Part shown: piece by piece, positions 1 to 13,459 of the stretch
Layout of the letters: each line of letters opens with the position of its first letter
Position numbering within the stretch: position 1 is the first letter of the stretch
DNA from: Eledone cirrhosa
Taxonomy: Eukaryota
Assembly (NCBI GenBank): GCA_964016885.1
Contig: OZ024743.1
Coordinates: 286,006,001 to 286,070,000 of the forward strand
Reading direction: 5' to 3'
DNA: 64,000 bases
Notes under the pieces: model-generated
The model's database searches: none
Seen by the model: only the letters and a program-made list of their open reading frames with translations
What the model was told of the DNA's origin: nothing
Position numbers and translations under genes: made by a program

Positions 1-830
1 AGCTTCATTTCTTTACAATTTTCACAAGTCTTCTGCACACAGCTCCCAGGTCTCACTATCATGCAATATTGCTGTTCGTATGCACGCATCACACATTCTG
101 CCTTTCATTTTGAGGGAAAAAAGCCTTTTGTAGCTAGCAGTGGTAGTAGTTCCCTGAACTTCTTCCATCCCATTCTCACCCTGGCTACTTTACTTTCGGA
201 ACACCCACCCCCACTGTTAATTTGGTCACCCAGGTTGCAGAAGCTGTCTACTGCTTCTACTGAACCTACCCAGAATTTGATGGTGCTTGTTTCCTGTGGC
301 CATTTACTGCCTACTGCTCCAGTGCAACAGCTACATGTAAAGCCTACGTTTTTAGCTAAACTACCTGAGATCCCACTACATCCCTTGTGTACCCATAGTT
401 TGCGTTTGAGACAGAGGGTGGAATTTCTACCTACACCTTTCCTATACACTGAACGAGGCCATTTCCTTGAGGGGATCAGGATTCTGTTTTCCCTTCTACT
501 TACTAGGATGTTAGTCTTTGTCAGGTTGACTTTACGACCCTTTGTTTCTAGCCCATGTTTCCAGATTTGGAATTTCTTTTCTAATTCTGCCACAGACTCT
601 GCTATGAGTTATAGCTTGCAGTATGATAATAAATAGGAGAAGTCTAAGAACAGATCCCTTGTTGATGCCAACTTGCACGCTAAATTCCTCGCTATAGTCG
701 TCGTTAATCCTAACTTTGCTGACTTCTCCCCTATACATGGCTTGTACAGCCTTCACAAGCCACTCATCTACTCCTAGTTTTCTAAGAACCCACCAGATTA
801 TGGCAGAGGAACTCTGTCAAAAGTTTATAT
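1..830 (-). mobile_element. Decayed RTE-clade LINE fragment (RT C-terminal region)
   Basis: Minus-strand ORFs 532-756 (EEFSVQVGINKGSVL) and 105-593 (GRKVNLTKTNILV...SFCNLGDQINSGGGC...ARVRMGWKKFREL) match the other RTE copies in the window. Frameshifted. Confidence 0.85.
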
Positions 831-1010
831 ATATATATATGGAGTATCTACTGTGCTAAGCCTGTAATTTTGTAATGCTCAATGCATAATGGGATGCAGA
901 CTTAGTATATTTAGGAAGAAAATATCTGACTGAACGCTTATGATTTCTCTTTTTATATATATATATATATGAATGAGATTGGTGCCCTATCTTTCCTACT
1001 TTTGCTAAGT

Positions 1011-1440
1011 TTACGCCAAGAGCTCTTTTGATCCTAAGTTCTGTTTCCACAGCCAGAATATATTCTCTAGTTTTTCCACAGATTCAGCAATGAAAAGGAA
1101 ATCATTGACATACAAAAATTTCCATGGGCAACCAGTCTTAAACTCCTCTGTTATGGCTTGGGGGACTATGATGGACAGAAGAACTGAACCCTGATGCACT
1201 TCTACTTCTACCTTTAATTCCTCTCTAAACTCACTTCCTATTCTGACTTTTCTGTACATGGCTTGCACTGCTCTTACAAGCCACTCTTCTACACCTAGTT
1301 TCCTTAAGGACCACCAGATGACCTATCAAAGTACTTTGTCAAAGGCTTTCTCTAGATCAACAAAAGCTAGAAACAAAATTGTTTCTCATCTAATTTGACT
1401 CTTTCCCTAATTAGTTGTGCTAGAACACTTTCTGTCACAT
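1011..1440 (-). mobile_element. Decayed RTE-clade LINE RT fragment
   Basis: ORF 1011-1268: VHQGSVL...EEFKTGCPWKFLYVND, degenerate RT motifs QG and YADD. Confidence 0.8.
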
Positions 1441-1649
1441 TCATAACAATGTTCTTCTGTAGTTTCTCCCTAATGAATGATTAGGCTACTGGTAATTTAG
1501 TATAGCCCTATTCTGTGTTATCTGATCGACTATATGGGTGACTGGTTCAACTCCTGCTTCCCCAGATGCTTTCAGCATCTCAGAGGCTATCTCAGGCAGT
1601 CCTGTGGCTTTATCATTTTTCATCTCCTTGATTGCTTCTTTGACTCTAT

Positions 1650-2980
1650 AAATATCAATTTTGATAGCTGGTCCCTCTGTTGGGTCAGATGTAGTAGTCT
1701 ACCTTCCTTCTATTCATTCTCCACATTCATTAACCTCTAATAGTAGCATTTCCAGGCTTTCTTTTGTGCATCAGTGATGTTAAGTGCACCAGTGTCATTT
1801 CAAATACACTTTTCCCCAACAATATCTTGATTCACACTGACACACTGCCTTGCAATTCAGAACACCACACGTCTCTAATCTCCACGTCACAAGACATAGG
1901 CAAATCTCCTTCAAATCTCCTTCCTTCGGCATATTTTCATACTATGTATACCTGTTCCTAGCCTCTCTTTTAGCTACAGTGGAACCTTGGTTCATGAACT
2001 TAATTTGTTCCCCCAAGGCCATTTGTCACCCGAAATGTTTGTAAACCAAAACTATTTTCAATACAAAATGTTGAGAGAGAGACTGTATGTGAGAGACAGA
2101 TAGATATCACCATAGTAACTAACTACACAGTAAGTGACGCTTTCCCACTGATACTCCCAGCTTGTCACCAACCATTGTTGTCGGCTTGCATGTTCAATAC
2201 TTGCGACACCATTCATCACCCAAGACATTTATGTTCGGAAAAATTGTTCATGAATCAATTTGTTTGTGATGAGAGGCATTCATAAACTAAAATTCCACTG
2301 TACCTGGTAACCCTATTTTTCCAGTCTTTCCACGCCTGTCTCTTGGCTTTAATAGCTCTATCCACTGTGCTCTTCCACCACCAAGTATGAAGTCTATCTA
2401 GTTTAAATATTAACCTGATGTGTTTCCTGAAGTTAGTGTTGGAAATGGTTAAATCATTTGCATTACAGAACTCTAGGAGCCTCATTTCCTCTTCATTTCT
2501 TAAGCCATAACCTTAGCCACCATGTACACAGGTGTAGCCATCCTTGTGCTATCCAGCATGTCCATTGAAGTTGCCTCCTAGGATGATGAAGTCCATGTCA
2601 TCTAGGCTGTCTATAAATGTTGCTCATAAAAACAGTCTTTTTGTTTCTTACTTTGTCCTGCTTGTGGTGTGTAGCTAAAGATAATGTCATTCTATTGCCC
2701 ATGATTATTCTGAGTTTGATAATTCTTCTCACTTACTCTAACTACTTCAATTACTTTATCTGTACTCTTCTCAGCTAGTAGAATGCCTACTCCACCTATC
2801 CAATCATCATTACTTATCCAGAAGAGATTTATCTATGTTGTTTGTCTGTGAGAAGTCTTGCAGAGGCGCCTCTCCATCTCACCTCCTGAACACAACATAC
2901 ACCCACTCGTCACCTCTCAAACAACTCCACAATTTCACCTGATCTACCTTTCATTGTGCCTATATTGAGTGTGGTAGCTC
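1650..2980 (-). mobile_element. Decayed RTE-clade LINE fragments (APE endonuclease and tether region)
   Basis: ORF 2255-2485 (RLLEFCNANDLTISNTNFRK...TWWWKSTVDRAIKAK). The minus strand near 2940-2980 reads ATTLNIGTMKGRSGEI, the APE N-terminus. Confidence 0.75.
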
Positions 2981-4346
2981 TGAGATTGAGTTACCTGGTA
3001 ATGGTGATTTGGTCTTTTTGTAGTTCTTTGTACCAGAAATGGAATAAGAGTGTGGGACAGCTTGATGACTGTCAAGGAGTCCTTGCACATGGCTTAGTTA
3101 GCCACCCCAGTACCATGCACAGCACTGACATGACTAGTGTTGGTTCTGTATACACAATTAGTAAGAGATTTATGTGTTGTGCTTTGCATAGTTTTACTGA
3201 CTGGATGCCCAACCACTTTACAGCGTAGACAGAGTGCATTATTCGTACCATCCGCACTAGAGAGGCTGTCTTACTGGACTGAAGGGCGCTCTTCAAGACA
3301 GGCTGCCTGTCATAGATTTAAACGTTTGTAAAGGTATTCTGCTGAACTCACATGGTAAGCTGCACATCTAACTACACTTATGTTTCATAATTGTATACTT
3401 GATAAAAGAAAAGACTTCCAGCTGTAAGATGTCTTCACATTTTCCTATTTCACCCATACTTAATAACACAAAATTTGTTAATATAATCAGATTAACTTAA
3501 ACATCACTCTATTATATTCATAATTGACAAAACACACATATTATAAAAGTATATTAATAATTAGTAGCACATCTTAGATGTATGTTCCCATTGTATATTG
3601 TAAGTAATATAAATGTCTACTAATCATTGAAGAGTTGATGCTTACTTTGGTTTCATAATGTGAAGTGGATATGAAATATCTCCTTTATGCCAGTCATTAC
3701 TTGTAATCAGGTATGATCTTATACCATGCCTTTTGCTAATAGTATTTATGTGATTTTGGGGACCCCTGTTGTAATGAGCAGACCACCTTGATCCTCCCTC
3801 TGTTGACCCAGTGGAATGCCCAAGGCATGACAGTTAGAGCGAGATAGAAAAGGTTGCATCCCAACACTGGGCTAGTTCTTTATTTTATTGACTCTAGGAG
3901 GATAAAAGGCAGAGTTTTAACCTTGGCAGAATGTGAAATCAACATAAAGAACCAAAATAAATACTGGCCATTTACTGCCAGTCTATTACAGTTTAATTAA
4001 AAAACAATTTGGTGCCTATTTCCAATAGTTATGTGCAATGAGACATCTAAAATAATGTTATGTATCCAGAAACAAAGGAATTCAGCAATTGATTTAAACT
4101 CACAAATAATAAATTAATATTTCTCCACTTGGTTATTTGATGAGGCTTCTGAAGGAAAAGGATGTGTTCATGACCTTCAAAGACACAAATATGAATATAT
4201 GTGATCATACATACAATGTCACTTATTATCTGAAATAGCTTAACCCTTTCTTCCCTCAAAACAACCTTTGTAGCAGTTACATTATATTCTTCCTACCAAT
4301 CTGTGTCTATGTAGTAACATAGAGTTTCTTCTAATCTATTTCACAG

Positions 4347-5092
4347 GAAAGTCTGCCACTCTCTATGAAACAGCAAATCCTGATTGGGCTCCAACACTTC
4401 GGCTCGGCCGTGATCGTGCAAAAGATTTCCAAGCTGGTTCAGTCCGAGGTAAAACAAAACGCAAACGGAAATTGGATTCTAGTTCAGATGATACACTGTT
4501 TGCTCTGTCTGTTTGCAATTCAGAGTTGCAACAAAGGTGCCAATCTCTTACAAATGTTGGACCTGAATCCTACCGAAAAGCAGTTCATAAGTTTCTTGAA
4601 ACAAAAGAAGTTATGGATTTATTAATGCTTCCAGATGAAGTTTTTTCAACTCAACCTCCTTGTGAGCCAATTCGAGGAGAAATTTACCTTATGAAAATAG
4701 ATTCATCTCAAGAATCCAGTGACTGGACTAAAGATGGCTACAGTTGGTTAAATTTAGGATCAAATGACTTAATCCTGAATCAGAGCCCTGCTCTGCGTCA
4801 AAGTACATTTCGAATGTTGGTAAACAATGAGATTGAAACATGTCTACTGAAACATGTTTATCGGTCTTTCAACAATAATCAAAAAGTTGTCATTCATTAT
4901 GTCACTGATGAAAGACTCAGTAATAGTAAGTCTTATCCACATGCTATGTATATCACTGGACCTTTATCAGCTTCACAGACCCATTTAGGAATCACTCAGT
5001 ACTACCAGCAGCTAGTAGAAGATTGTAATGTTGACAGTCAAAAACCATCTGAAGCTCTCTGGGAGTTGGCCCCCACCAGCAAAGAAAAATCT
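4347..5092 (+). CDS. Internal coding exon: C-terminal end of a THAP domain followed by a CG-1-like DNA-binding domain (upstream exons not found in the window)
   Basis: Acceptor tttcacAG at 4345-46 (phase 1) and donor GTAAGT at 5093 (phase 0), with an open frame throughout. It starts (G)KSATLYETANPDWAPTLRLG, an invertebrate THAP C-terminal motif, then KTKRKRK (NLS-like). It continues PPCEPIRGEIYL...DWTKDGYSW...KHVYR...VVIHY, which resembles the CG-1/CAMTA signature (KDGxxW...RxYw...LVHY). Confidence 0.75.
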
Positions 5093-5834
5093 GTAAGTTA
5101 TTTTTTTATTATTATTATGACATCACCAATATTATATCAAACCACTTTGTATTTTGTAATTTTGGGTTTAATTCTTTGTTTGGCCAGCTACATTAAAGCA
5201 TAGTGATGACTGTTATTATCACCATTGTTTTAATATCCATTTTCTCATGTTAGCATGGGTTGACTAGGTCTCCAGTATGACATACTACCATTTGTCTTAG
5301 TCCTGCATCATTTAATGTGAAGCTCAACTTCCCCATATCTAACCTCACCACCTCTTGCTTTTACCACAAATATTTTCCACTGTTATGGCACTTTCATTGA
5401 GCAAATATCTTCTATTTACATTGCATGCCTATACCAGTGCAGCTGCTTTTATCAATCTTCAATGCAACACAATAGCAGCATATTAATATGACAATAATTG
5501 TTATTATCAGCACTATAAGAACAACAGATGGTTCTATAAAAGGTCCAACTGTTCCTACTTAACCCTCAACCAACAAAGTGCTCAATACCTCACACTCACA
5601 CCACACCTGTTGATAACTCTTATACACACTTTAGCTCTTGCTATGTCTTGGTGGATTATTATTATTGTTGCAATCACTATAAACAAAGGCCACAAATATG
5701 ACAAATAATATGTAAATATCTCCTCGGGACACATTATGATTAACAGTATAAAGTGAATGATGGGGAAAATTTTCCACTTGATAAGCTACTAGATTATCAC
5801 AAAAAATATCCTCAGAAAGATAATTAGCTATTTA

Positions 5835-6285
5835 TGATAGCCCAAGGTACAGCGTGGCCAACTGACCAGACATGCCTTATAAGTGTGACCACCCAGTCCC
5901 ACACTGTCAACATGGTTGGTGTTAGGAAGGACATTCTAGCAGTTGTAAAAACCAAGCCAAAATGCATTCCCATATGTGCAAGGTCTGGCGCAACCAACTG
6001 GCAAGACCATCCCCATAAAGAGAACATACAGTTCCACGCTGTAAATATGATTACTGTTAGGAAGGGCATCTAATAGCCATAAGAACCCAGCCAAAGCATG
6101 ATCCTATATGAGCAAGGCACGGCACAGTCAATTGGCCAGAGTTACCTCATAAGGGTGACCATCTAATCCCACACTGTAAATGTGGTAAAAATCCTCAGCC
6201 AAAACACAGGCCCAGCTATGAGCAACGCCTGATGTGGTCAACTGGTCAGATCTATCTCATTACAGGTCCACCTGATGATGATGAC
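5835..6285 (+). repeat. Three to four tandem degenerate ~120-nt units of an RTE-tail/SINE-like repeat
   Basis: Recurring 'ccacactgtaaa..tggttggtgttaggaagggcatc...aaccaagccaaa...caactggccaga' ending in (GAT)n. Confidence 0.6.
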
Positions 6286-6561
6286 GAAACCAACAGACAT
6301 AGAATTAAGGGTCTTGTCCTTAAACACAATAAAACACACATCAAACAAGGCTTTTCCAAATTGGAGACATTCATCAATGATTGATTGCTGCTTTATTGAC
6401 TTCAGAACATGAAATACCCATCTTGTAGTAAAGATACATTAGAATAGCGTTTATATTGCTTTATTCTGGCAAATGAGAGGATTTACCTCAGGTTTGTAAA
6501 CTAACAGAAAAACCAGCAATTGTACAATGAATTTCCTCATGTCACATCATTGAACTGTACT

Positions 6562-6680
6562 TCATCATCATCATAATCATCGTTTAACGTCCATCTTCCA
6601 CGCTAGCATGGGTTAGACGGGAGTTGTCCCACTTAAGGCAAGTTTGGTCGGGTGACCGTGTCTCACTCATATTGTACTTC
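6562..6680 (-). repeat. RTE-tail-derived SINE-like repeat 3' end
   Basis: (CAT)n followed by 'cgtttaacgtccatcttccacgctagcatgggttagacggg'. It is the reverse complement of copies at 26900-26997, 31400-31480 and 40305-40420. Confidence 0.75.
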
Positions 6681-8199
6681 TGTATAGTAAATAGTTGCAG
6701 CATTGAATTGAGCTTTTGACAGTTTACTGACTTTATCATGGACATAACTCCCAGAAATATACAAAATATCAACCTTTTAAGTGGAAGATTTGCATACCAC
6801 TGATTCATTCAGCTGTTATTTCTTTTATGAGAGTATGATGTCTTTATCTGTGGTTTTAGACTACTAAAACATATTTCTTAGTTAATCATTTTTTTATTCT
6901 TTTGTAGAAATGTAAATATTCAGAACCATTTGAAAATTCTTGTTCTTGTTAATTCTACATCTAATTTATTCTAAGTTTTCAATATGACTGTTAATTATAG
7001 TGGTTTCTGTTTGCTCTTAGAGGGCCTGTGAAGACCACAGGTACAGCCCCTTCCTCCAGACCTAGCAAATGAATTTATGATTTACATGATAAATGTACCC
7101 AGTATATGCTGTAAAGTGATTGGTGATAGGAAGGGCATGCATAGAAATCTTTACAAACAAATGTTTGAGCGGACCCTCAGTTGTGTCAAAGGCATGACAA
7201 CCTCCCCTGAGAACTTGATGGAACATGGGACCGTACATAAGTAAGACACAGGTCCCTGGCCTGCGTGGGAGATCAGTGACTCTACTTCAGTACTGACATG
7301 GTTTATATAGACCCATCCAACCCTTGCTAGCAGGGAAAGCATACATTAAAACAACAGTGATGATGATGATGATATACAAGATAAACCATAACTCCAAATC
7401 AAGTGCTATCTAAAAGTGACTCCAAATCAATGCTATCCACTCAAGCAAATATTATTCATATACTCAACCTGACCCACCAGATACATACCACACTAGACAT
7501 GAAGATATGCTGATGATCAAGATATCTTGTAAAAAATAAATCTTTTTTTCTAAAGCTAAGATTCCTGAACATATCTTACAAAATTTTTATGCACCTAGAC
7601 ACATTACTCAGACAGTCATACATGCATTTCACTTAATATTATGTCAAGTGGAGAGTTTATAATGAAATATGATATCATCTTGTCTATACAAAAGTTACAT
7701 ACTTCTTTAAAAGTTTACATGCCCAAAGAAATTGTTTAAAAAAAGAATATATGAACTTTACATATTTTAAAACTATCATCAGATAGTTCTCATAACCTAA
7801 AAGTGTGTATAAGAACACTAACACTTCATGAGAATGGGCAACCAAACATCATCCTAAAATGTATTGAAACCATGTCACTATCAAGAAATCTCCTAAAAGA
7901 AATTATCAGTGTAGTATCATTGGATTAAGGAAAAGTTGATATCACCTAATATTTTAACTATGGCCCAAATAAAGCAAGTCATTGGGATAGATGCTGACAA
8001 GGATGAATTTACTGAAAAACTATCAATTACCTTGTCAATTACCTGTCCAAATTTCAACATGGAATTCTTAAATTCTAAATTTGGATGATGCAATCCAATT
8101 GATTCATCAAGCATGTTTAGTGTGCTGAAAAGAAAGATACTCGGAAGTATTACTATGTGAGGTTGTTGAGTGAAGAGAATGTATGGGAGAGTAGGGGTT

Positions 8200-8530
8200 T
8201 TCCCCAAGTCGACCCAACTGAGAGACCAGTCATCAAAGCTGACAACAGTATAGTAAAGTGATTAAGGATATGAAAATAGGGAGGGCAGCCAGCCCGACAG
8301 GGAATGTCTCTGTGCAGAGTAGGACACGTTAATCACTCACATAGTTAATCAGGTAGTACAGGAAGGTGCCATACCCAATGACGTGTAGCAGCATCATTGT
8401 TAATTGCCATAAGAGCAAACAAAATGCACTAGAGAGAAGAGGCAATTTACAGAGGTGTCAAATTGTTGGATTAGGTTATGAAAAGTGATGGCAAAATTGA
8501 TAAGGGACAAAATAAATTTTGAATGTAGTT
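8200..8530 (+). mobile_element. Decayed RTE LINE fragment
   Basis: Homologous to the RTE region 'aaggatatgaaa...gtcatacccaatgactggtgtagcagcatcat...gtcatgaa' seen at 25000-25300. Confidence 0.6.
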
Positions 8531-10139
8531 TGGTTTTGACTTTACAATCAATATTCTTTAGTTTGAGATCATGTCCATAGCCTTTTTGTACACTTCTAGT
8601 GTGAGGTAGAAGTAGGTGAAGTTAATGTGGTCAACGGTTATCTAGGGCTTTTTAGAAGGGGAAAACAACCAGGTTTTGATTCTAGTTAAGAAGGATTAGA
8701 AATTTGCTATTGCAAGATTTGAAGATTATACACAGATGCATCAAGGAGATTGTGTGAGGGTGATGTATGCTATTGAGTTCAGCAGAGTAGAGTCAATTAC
8801 AGGAGAAGAAACAGAAGGAAGATACAGATTGAGATTTTCTTCTAAGAAATGTTTATGTGGGTACACCATTCTTGATATGTGTAAGATAGAGAAATCTTAG
8901 ACTATGTATTGAAATGTGTATAGTTCTAATTGGCAACCTGGCAATGTAGTATGTGTGACCTCTGTGAAATGTCATCAGATAATTAAGCCTTGGATTTGTA
9001 AATTGGTTAAGTTATATGAGTTAGAGGGAATGCAGTGTCAGGTGTTTGTTTCCATGGAGTGTCATGTGCTGATTCTAGTGCTATTGAAGGCGACAAAGTT
9101 GTTGAGTGCCCAGGAAAAAATGTGAATGCCTGACAGAAAGAAACAAAATTGTACAGAAACAAATACATATATTAAAAAATAAAATGTCCAACACAGGACC
9201 ATAGAACTAGCAAAACAGACCTTGGGAGATTGCAACTATGTTAGAGACCAGTATCATTATGGAGCAGTGGAAAAATATACCAATAACCTGCCTTACAAAC
9301 AAACTGCCAAAATAATCATCATCACTGTTTAACATCTATTTTTTCCATGCTAATCATTTATGAAAATAAATCTTTCATTTTTACATTGGCATTGCCATCA
9401 AACTATGTATAATTCCTCTCCACTTCATTGAACTGCCATATCTATAAACCTACTTCATACTTAGAACATTCTACAACTTTTCAATTTTAAAGACCTAAAA
9501 TAAGAACAAAATTTGGCAATTTTGTACTTACAAAGTGTGCTCAAAGCTGAATAATTCTGTCAGAAATAAGATGAGTGTAACTAATAGAAGAGAGAAAAAA
9601 ACTCATAAACTACTTGCATATAAACCCTTTATAACAAACTATTACTTGATTATTTTGAATTTATTGTTTATTTTAAACAACTCATTTATGAAAAATGAAG
9701 CTTAAACATTTCCTTCATAGTTTTTGTTTATGTAAAGAACTGTCACTCTAGTGTACTGAATGATGTCAAAATCAAATTATTGACAGTCTGTAGAAATGCA
9801 GATAGGTTGACTGAACTTTCTGTAATCATACTTTATAAAAACCATTTGAAAAAGAATATTTGACTGTAGTATTTTGCATTAAATTATTGGCAGTACTTTC
9901 ATATGTACAATTTGCACTCATAAATTCAGAAAAGAAAAATATATAGATACATGGTAATTTGTCTGTATGTAAATTTAACCCCAATGTAAAGAAAGTAAAC
10001 AAAAGGTATTCTAGTTAAATCTTTGAAATTAGCTATGAGTTATATCTGGCCTGTTTCAAAACATTCAACTAAACTTTTAATTTAATAGTTATGGTTATGT
10101 ATAACTACACAAACACACATATATAGTGTCACTTCTATG

Positions 10140-11520
10140 AGGTCTTATTACAGACTATCTTGGTGACAAATGACAGTAACATCATTATCTTGGCTGGAGA
10201 TGTTAATGGACATGTTGGGTAACACAAGGATTGATTCACAATGTATATGGAGGCTTTTGACTTGGTATGAGAAATGAAAAGGGATAAAGGCCCTCTAGAA
10301 TTCTGTGACACAAATGACTTGTCAATCAGCAACACAAACTATAAGAAACCAACCAGCTACCTGATCACCTACCATTCAGGTTGACACACAAGCCAGATAG
10401 ACTTTTTTCTTATCAAGAAAAGAGGTAATCAGGTGGTTATAAATGCTAAAACCTTTCTTGATGAAGAATGCATTATCTAACATAGATTGGTGAGTAGTGA
10501 TTTAAGAGTACAAACTAGACACGTACAGAAATCTAAATATATTTCAGAGACTGAGGATATATATGGAAGCTTAGGGAGTGATGGGTTTAGAGATTCACTA
10601 GTTGAAACCCCCAATGAGGAGGAGGGATTAGACTCCTATAACATAAGGGATAACTGGAAACTTCTATAAGATAAACTATCGAGGGCTATGAATGAGATTT
10701 GTGATTTGGGCAAGGCACCAGCCAGGGAGAAGATGATATGGTGGTGGGACTGTTATGTAGATAAGGCCATAAAAGCTAGGAAACTGGGTTGGAAAGTCTG
10801 GAAGTAAGGAGGAGTAGGAAATAATATCAAGTGTCTAGAGGAGAAGCTGGACATCAGTTTAATGTAGAAAGAGAGGAAGCAGAAAGTAAATAGGTTTGCT
10901 GGTATATAGAGTAAACCTCTATAACTAGAGTTTGTCAGCCTGGAAAAGGTATTTTGTAGTTGCTAAGAAAACTAGGGTTAGAAAAAGGCTCCTAAAGGCT
11001 GTATAAGCCATGTACAGAGGTGCAGTCTGCAAGGTTAGAGTTGGCAGTAAATATAGTGATACATTTTGCATGCAGGAAGGAATTTGTATGGGATCAGTTC
11101 TGAGTCTCCTTCAGAGGAACTTAAAACTTATTGTCCATCAAAACGCCTGTAGACTGAGGATTTCATGCATATAGCAATATCTATAGAAGAATTAGAGAAG
11201 TAATTCCTGCCTTGGAAGCAAAACTTGGAATCAAAAGGCCTCAGAATAAACCTAACAAAGACTAAAGTTTAAGTAAGTAGGAAGGAGGATAGAACCCTGC
11301 TACCATCAAGGATATGGCTGTGCTTAATATGCAGAAATGGAGTATCAACTCCATATGGTGCACCCAGTGTTTGCAATGGCTACTCAAGAGAATTAATGGA
11401 ATCACAGTCACCTTGACTGATAGATGCACAGGAATAGTCACCATAATAGCACACATGAAATAAACTTCTCAAATGCTCAATAGGTTCATTAGAAGTACTT
11501 GATAGCTTTTGCTACTTTAG
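10140..11520 (+). mobile_element. Highly decayed RTE LINE (APE to RT)
   Basis: Motifs IILAGDVNGHVG, LEFCDTNDLSISNTNY, HRLVSSDL and WWWD, plus downstream RT-like DNA. Many stops and deletions. Confidence 0.75.
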
Positions 11521-12137
11521 AGAGTTGCCAGAGTGAAAAACTTGTGAAAGAAGAGCAGATTTTATGAGGCATGTGTCCAAAATGCAATGCAACATGGTAG
11601 CAAGACGTGAACCTTGAATGCAAAGAGGTGTCAAAGAAAAAATACCTGAAAGAATGTAACAGGAAAGCAACGATTCCATGACAAGTATATAGCTCTTGTC
11701 AAGCGAGTCACCAGGAGACATTCATCGGTCTGATGATTTAATGAATGAAACCCTCTAGGGTTAGCAATTGGTCAGAATTAAATTATCTTCTGGTTCTGAA
11801 GCTGTTGTTATTGAAAATATGCAATATCCTTGAAAGATTATGGAGATTAGTCTCTGGACATGTATTAATTATGAACAGATGTATTTATATTTATATATAT
11901 ATATCATCATCATCTTCATTGTTTAACATCTGTTTTCCACGCTAGCATATATATAATTAATTCCAGTGGAGGGACACCACTGTAGAGGAAGACCAAGGAA
12001 GGCCTGGATAGAAATAATGTTCACGGAGGAGATGACAAAGGAATGCAACAAGTAAAGAGTTGCTGTATTGAGAAGGACTCGTCCAACCGTTGTAAGCAAG
12101 GAACAATGGGCATAAAATGATGATGATATATATATAT

Positions 12138-12245
12138 ATCTTTATTTTATATAGAAATTACTTCTACAGGACTAGAACTGTTTCATTCCCATATGGATTA
12201 AACAGTTCTAGTCCTGTAGAAGTCATTTCTATATGAAATAAAGAT
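12138..12245. repeat. Near-perfect hairpin (~46-bp arms, ~16-nt loop)
   Basis: atctttattttatatagaaattacttctacaggactagaactgttt ... aaacagttctagtcctgtagaagtcatttctatatgaaataaagat, with 2 mismatches. Confidence 0.85.
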
Positions 12246-12337
12246 TCCTAGACTTTATTAATGTATTGAGTACTTTTTTAAACTTTGGTTACCTCCTGAT
12301 ACCCATTGGGAATCCACCCATAATTATATATATAATA

Positions 12338-13400
12338 TATTGGGTTGGACAGAAAGTTTCCACCATTTTTCAAAAGGAGGTATTTTGGTAGATTTTTTGC
12401 ACACATATATAAAAAAATGACATCGGTATGCACTATGTGCATTTCTCTTTTTCTGTTACGCTGTCAAAGAGGAAGCAACATGGATCTATCCAAATCATCT
12501 ATTCGTGGCTGTTTACTTTATGACTTGAAATCTGGCCTAAACGTAGCAGCATCAAGTGACCGCATTAACAATGCATTTGGATCATACACCATGTCTGAAC
12601 ATAGTGCCAGAGACTGGTTGGCATGCTTCTGTTCCAATGTTTACAGCCTTGAAGATCGAACTTATGCTAGATGTCTATCTGACTTCAATGATGAGCAACT
12701 GAATGAGCTGGTGGAAGTTGACCGACTCCAGACATCCCGTTAACTCTCTGAAGTACTTGGGGCATTGAAAACAACCATCCTGAATCACTCGCATGCAATA
12801 GGGAAAGAGTCCAAGATGGACCAATGGGTGCCTCACAATCTGACTGGCTATAATTGTGAATGTCAGGCAGCAGCTGCGACTTCTCTGCTCTCCTACCATC
12901 ACACAACGAACTGGTTATATTCCATCGTCACTGGTGATGAAAAATGGTGTCTCTACATTAATATCAAGCACAAGCGATCATGAGTATATAAAGAGAGTGC
13001 GCTACAATGGCAAGCAAACGCTGGCCTCCACCCTCACAAGGCCCTAATGAGCGTCTGGTGGGACTGGAAAGGCGTATCGGCTACAAGCTGCTGTCACTAA
13101 ACACCAGCATAACAACTTGACAGATTAGCAGCGAAAATAGATTCTTTCATGATAACACTCAGTCGCATACATCAAAGATGAACCGTGAGAAGCTGTTGGA
13201 GCTAGGTTGGGTGGTTCTGCCCCCAGCCGTTGTATTCACCTGACCTCGCATCTACAGACTATCACATTTTTCTCTCAATGGAATTCTTTGCATTGAAGGC
13301 AGAACTCTACAGGGATGGAATAATGTGCGTTTCCTAAATGATGGTAGATGGTAATTGCAAATGATGGCGAATATTTTGAATTGTAAAATTTTCCTAATGT
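12338..13400 (+). mobile_element. Decayed mariner transposon (transposase pseudogene)
   Basis: Starts TATTGGGTTGG, a mariner-type TIR. Translated pieces include IRGCLLYDLKSG (HTH), WVPHNL, IVTGDEKW, HDN and YSPDLASTDY. Multiple stops and frameshifts; right TIR not recognised. Confidence 0.9.
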
Positions 13401-13419
13401 TAAGAAACATCAAAGTCAA

Positions 13420-13459
<40 letters not shown>

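Noticed and set aside
61-636. Antisense ORFs over LINE RT regions (61-636, 25586-26044, 38843-39244, 39676-40353, 56736-57314)
   Set aside because: They are shadow frames of the RTE coding strand with no independent evidence of coding function.
7021-7065. Alternative terminal exon for the THAP/CG-1 gene (RACEDHRYSPFLQT*)
   Set aside because: It overlaps sequence resembling the tail-SINE units, and it cannot be distinguished from the 6908 candidate without transcripts.
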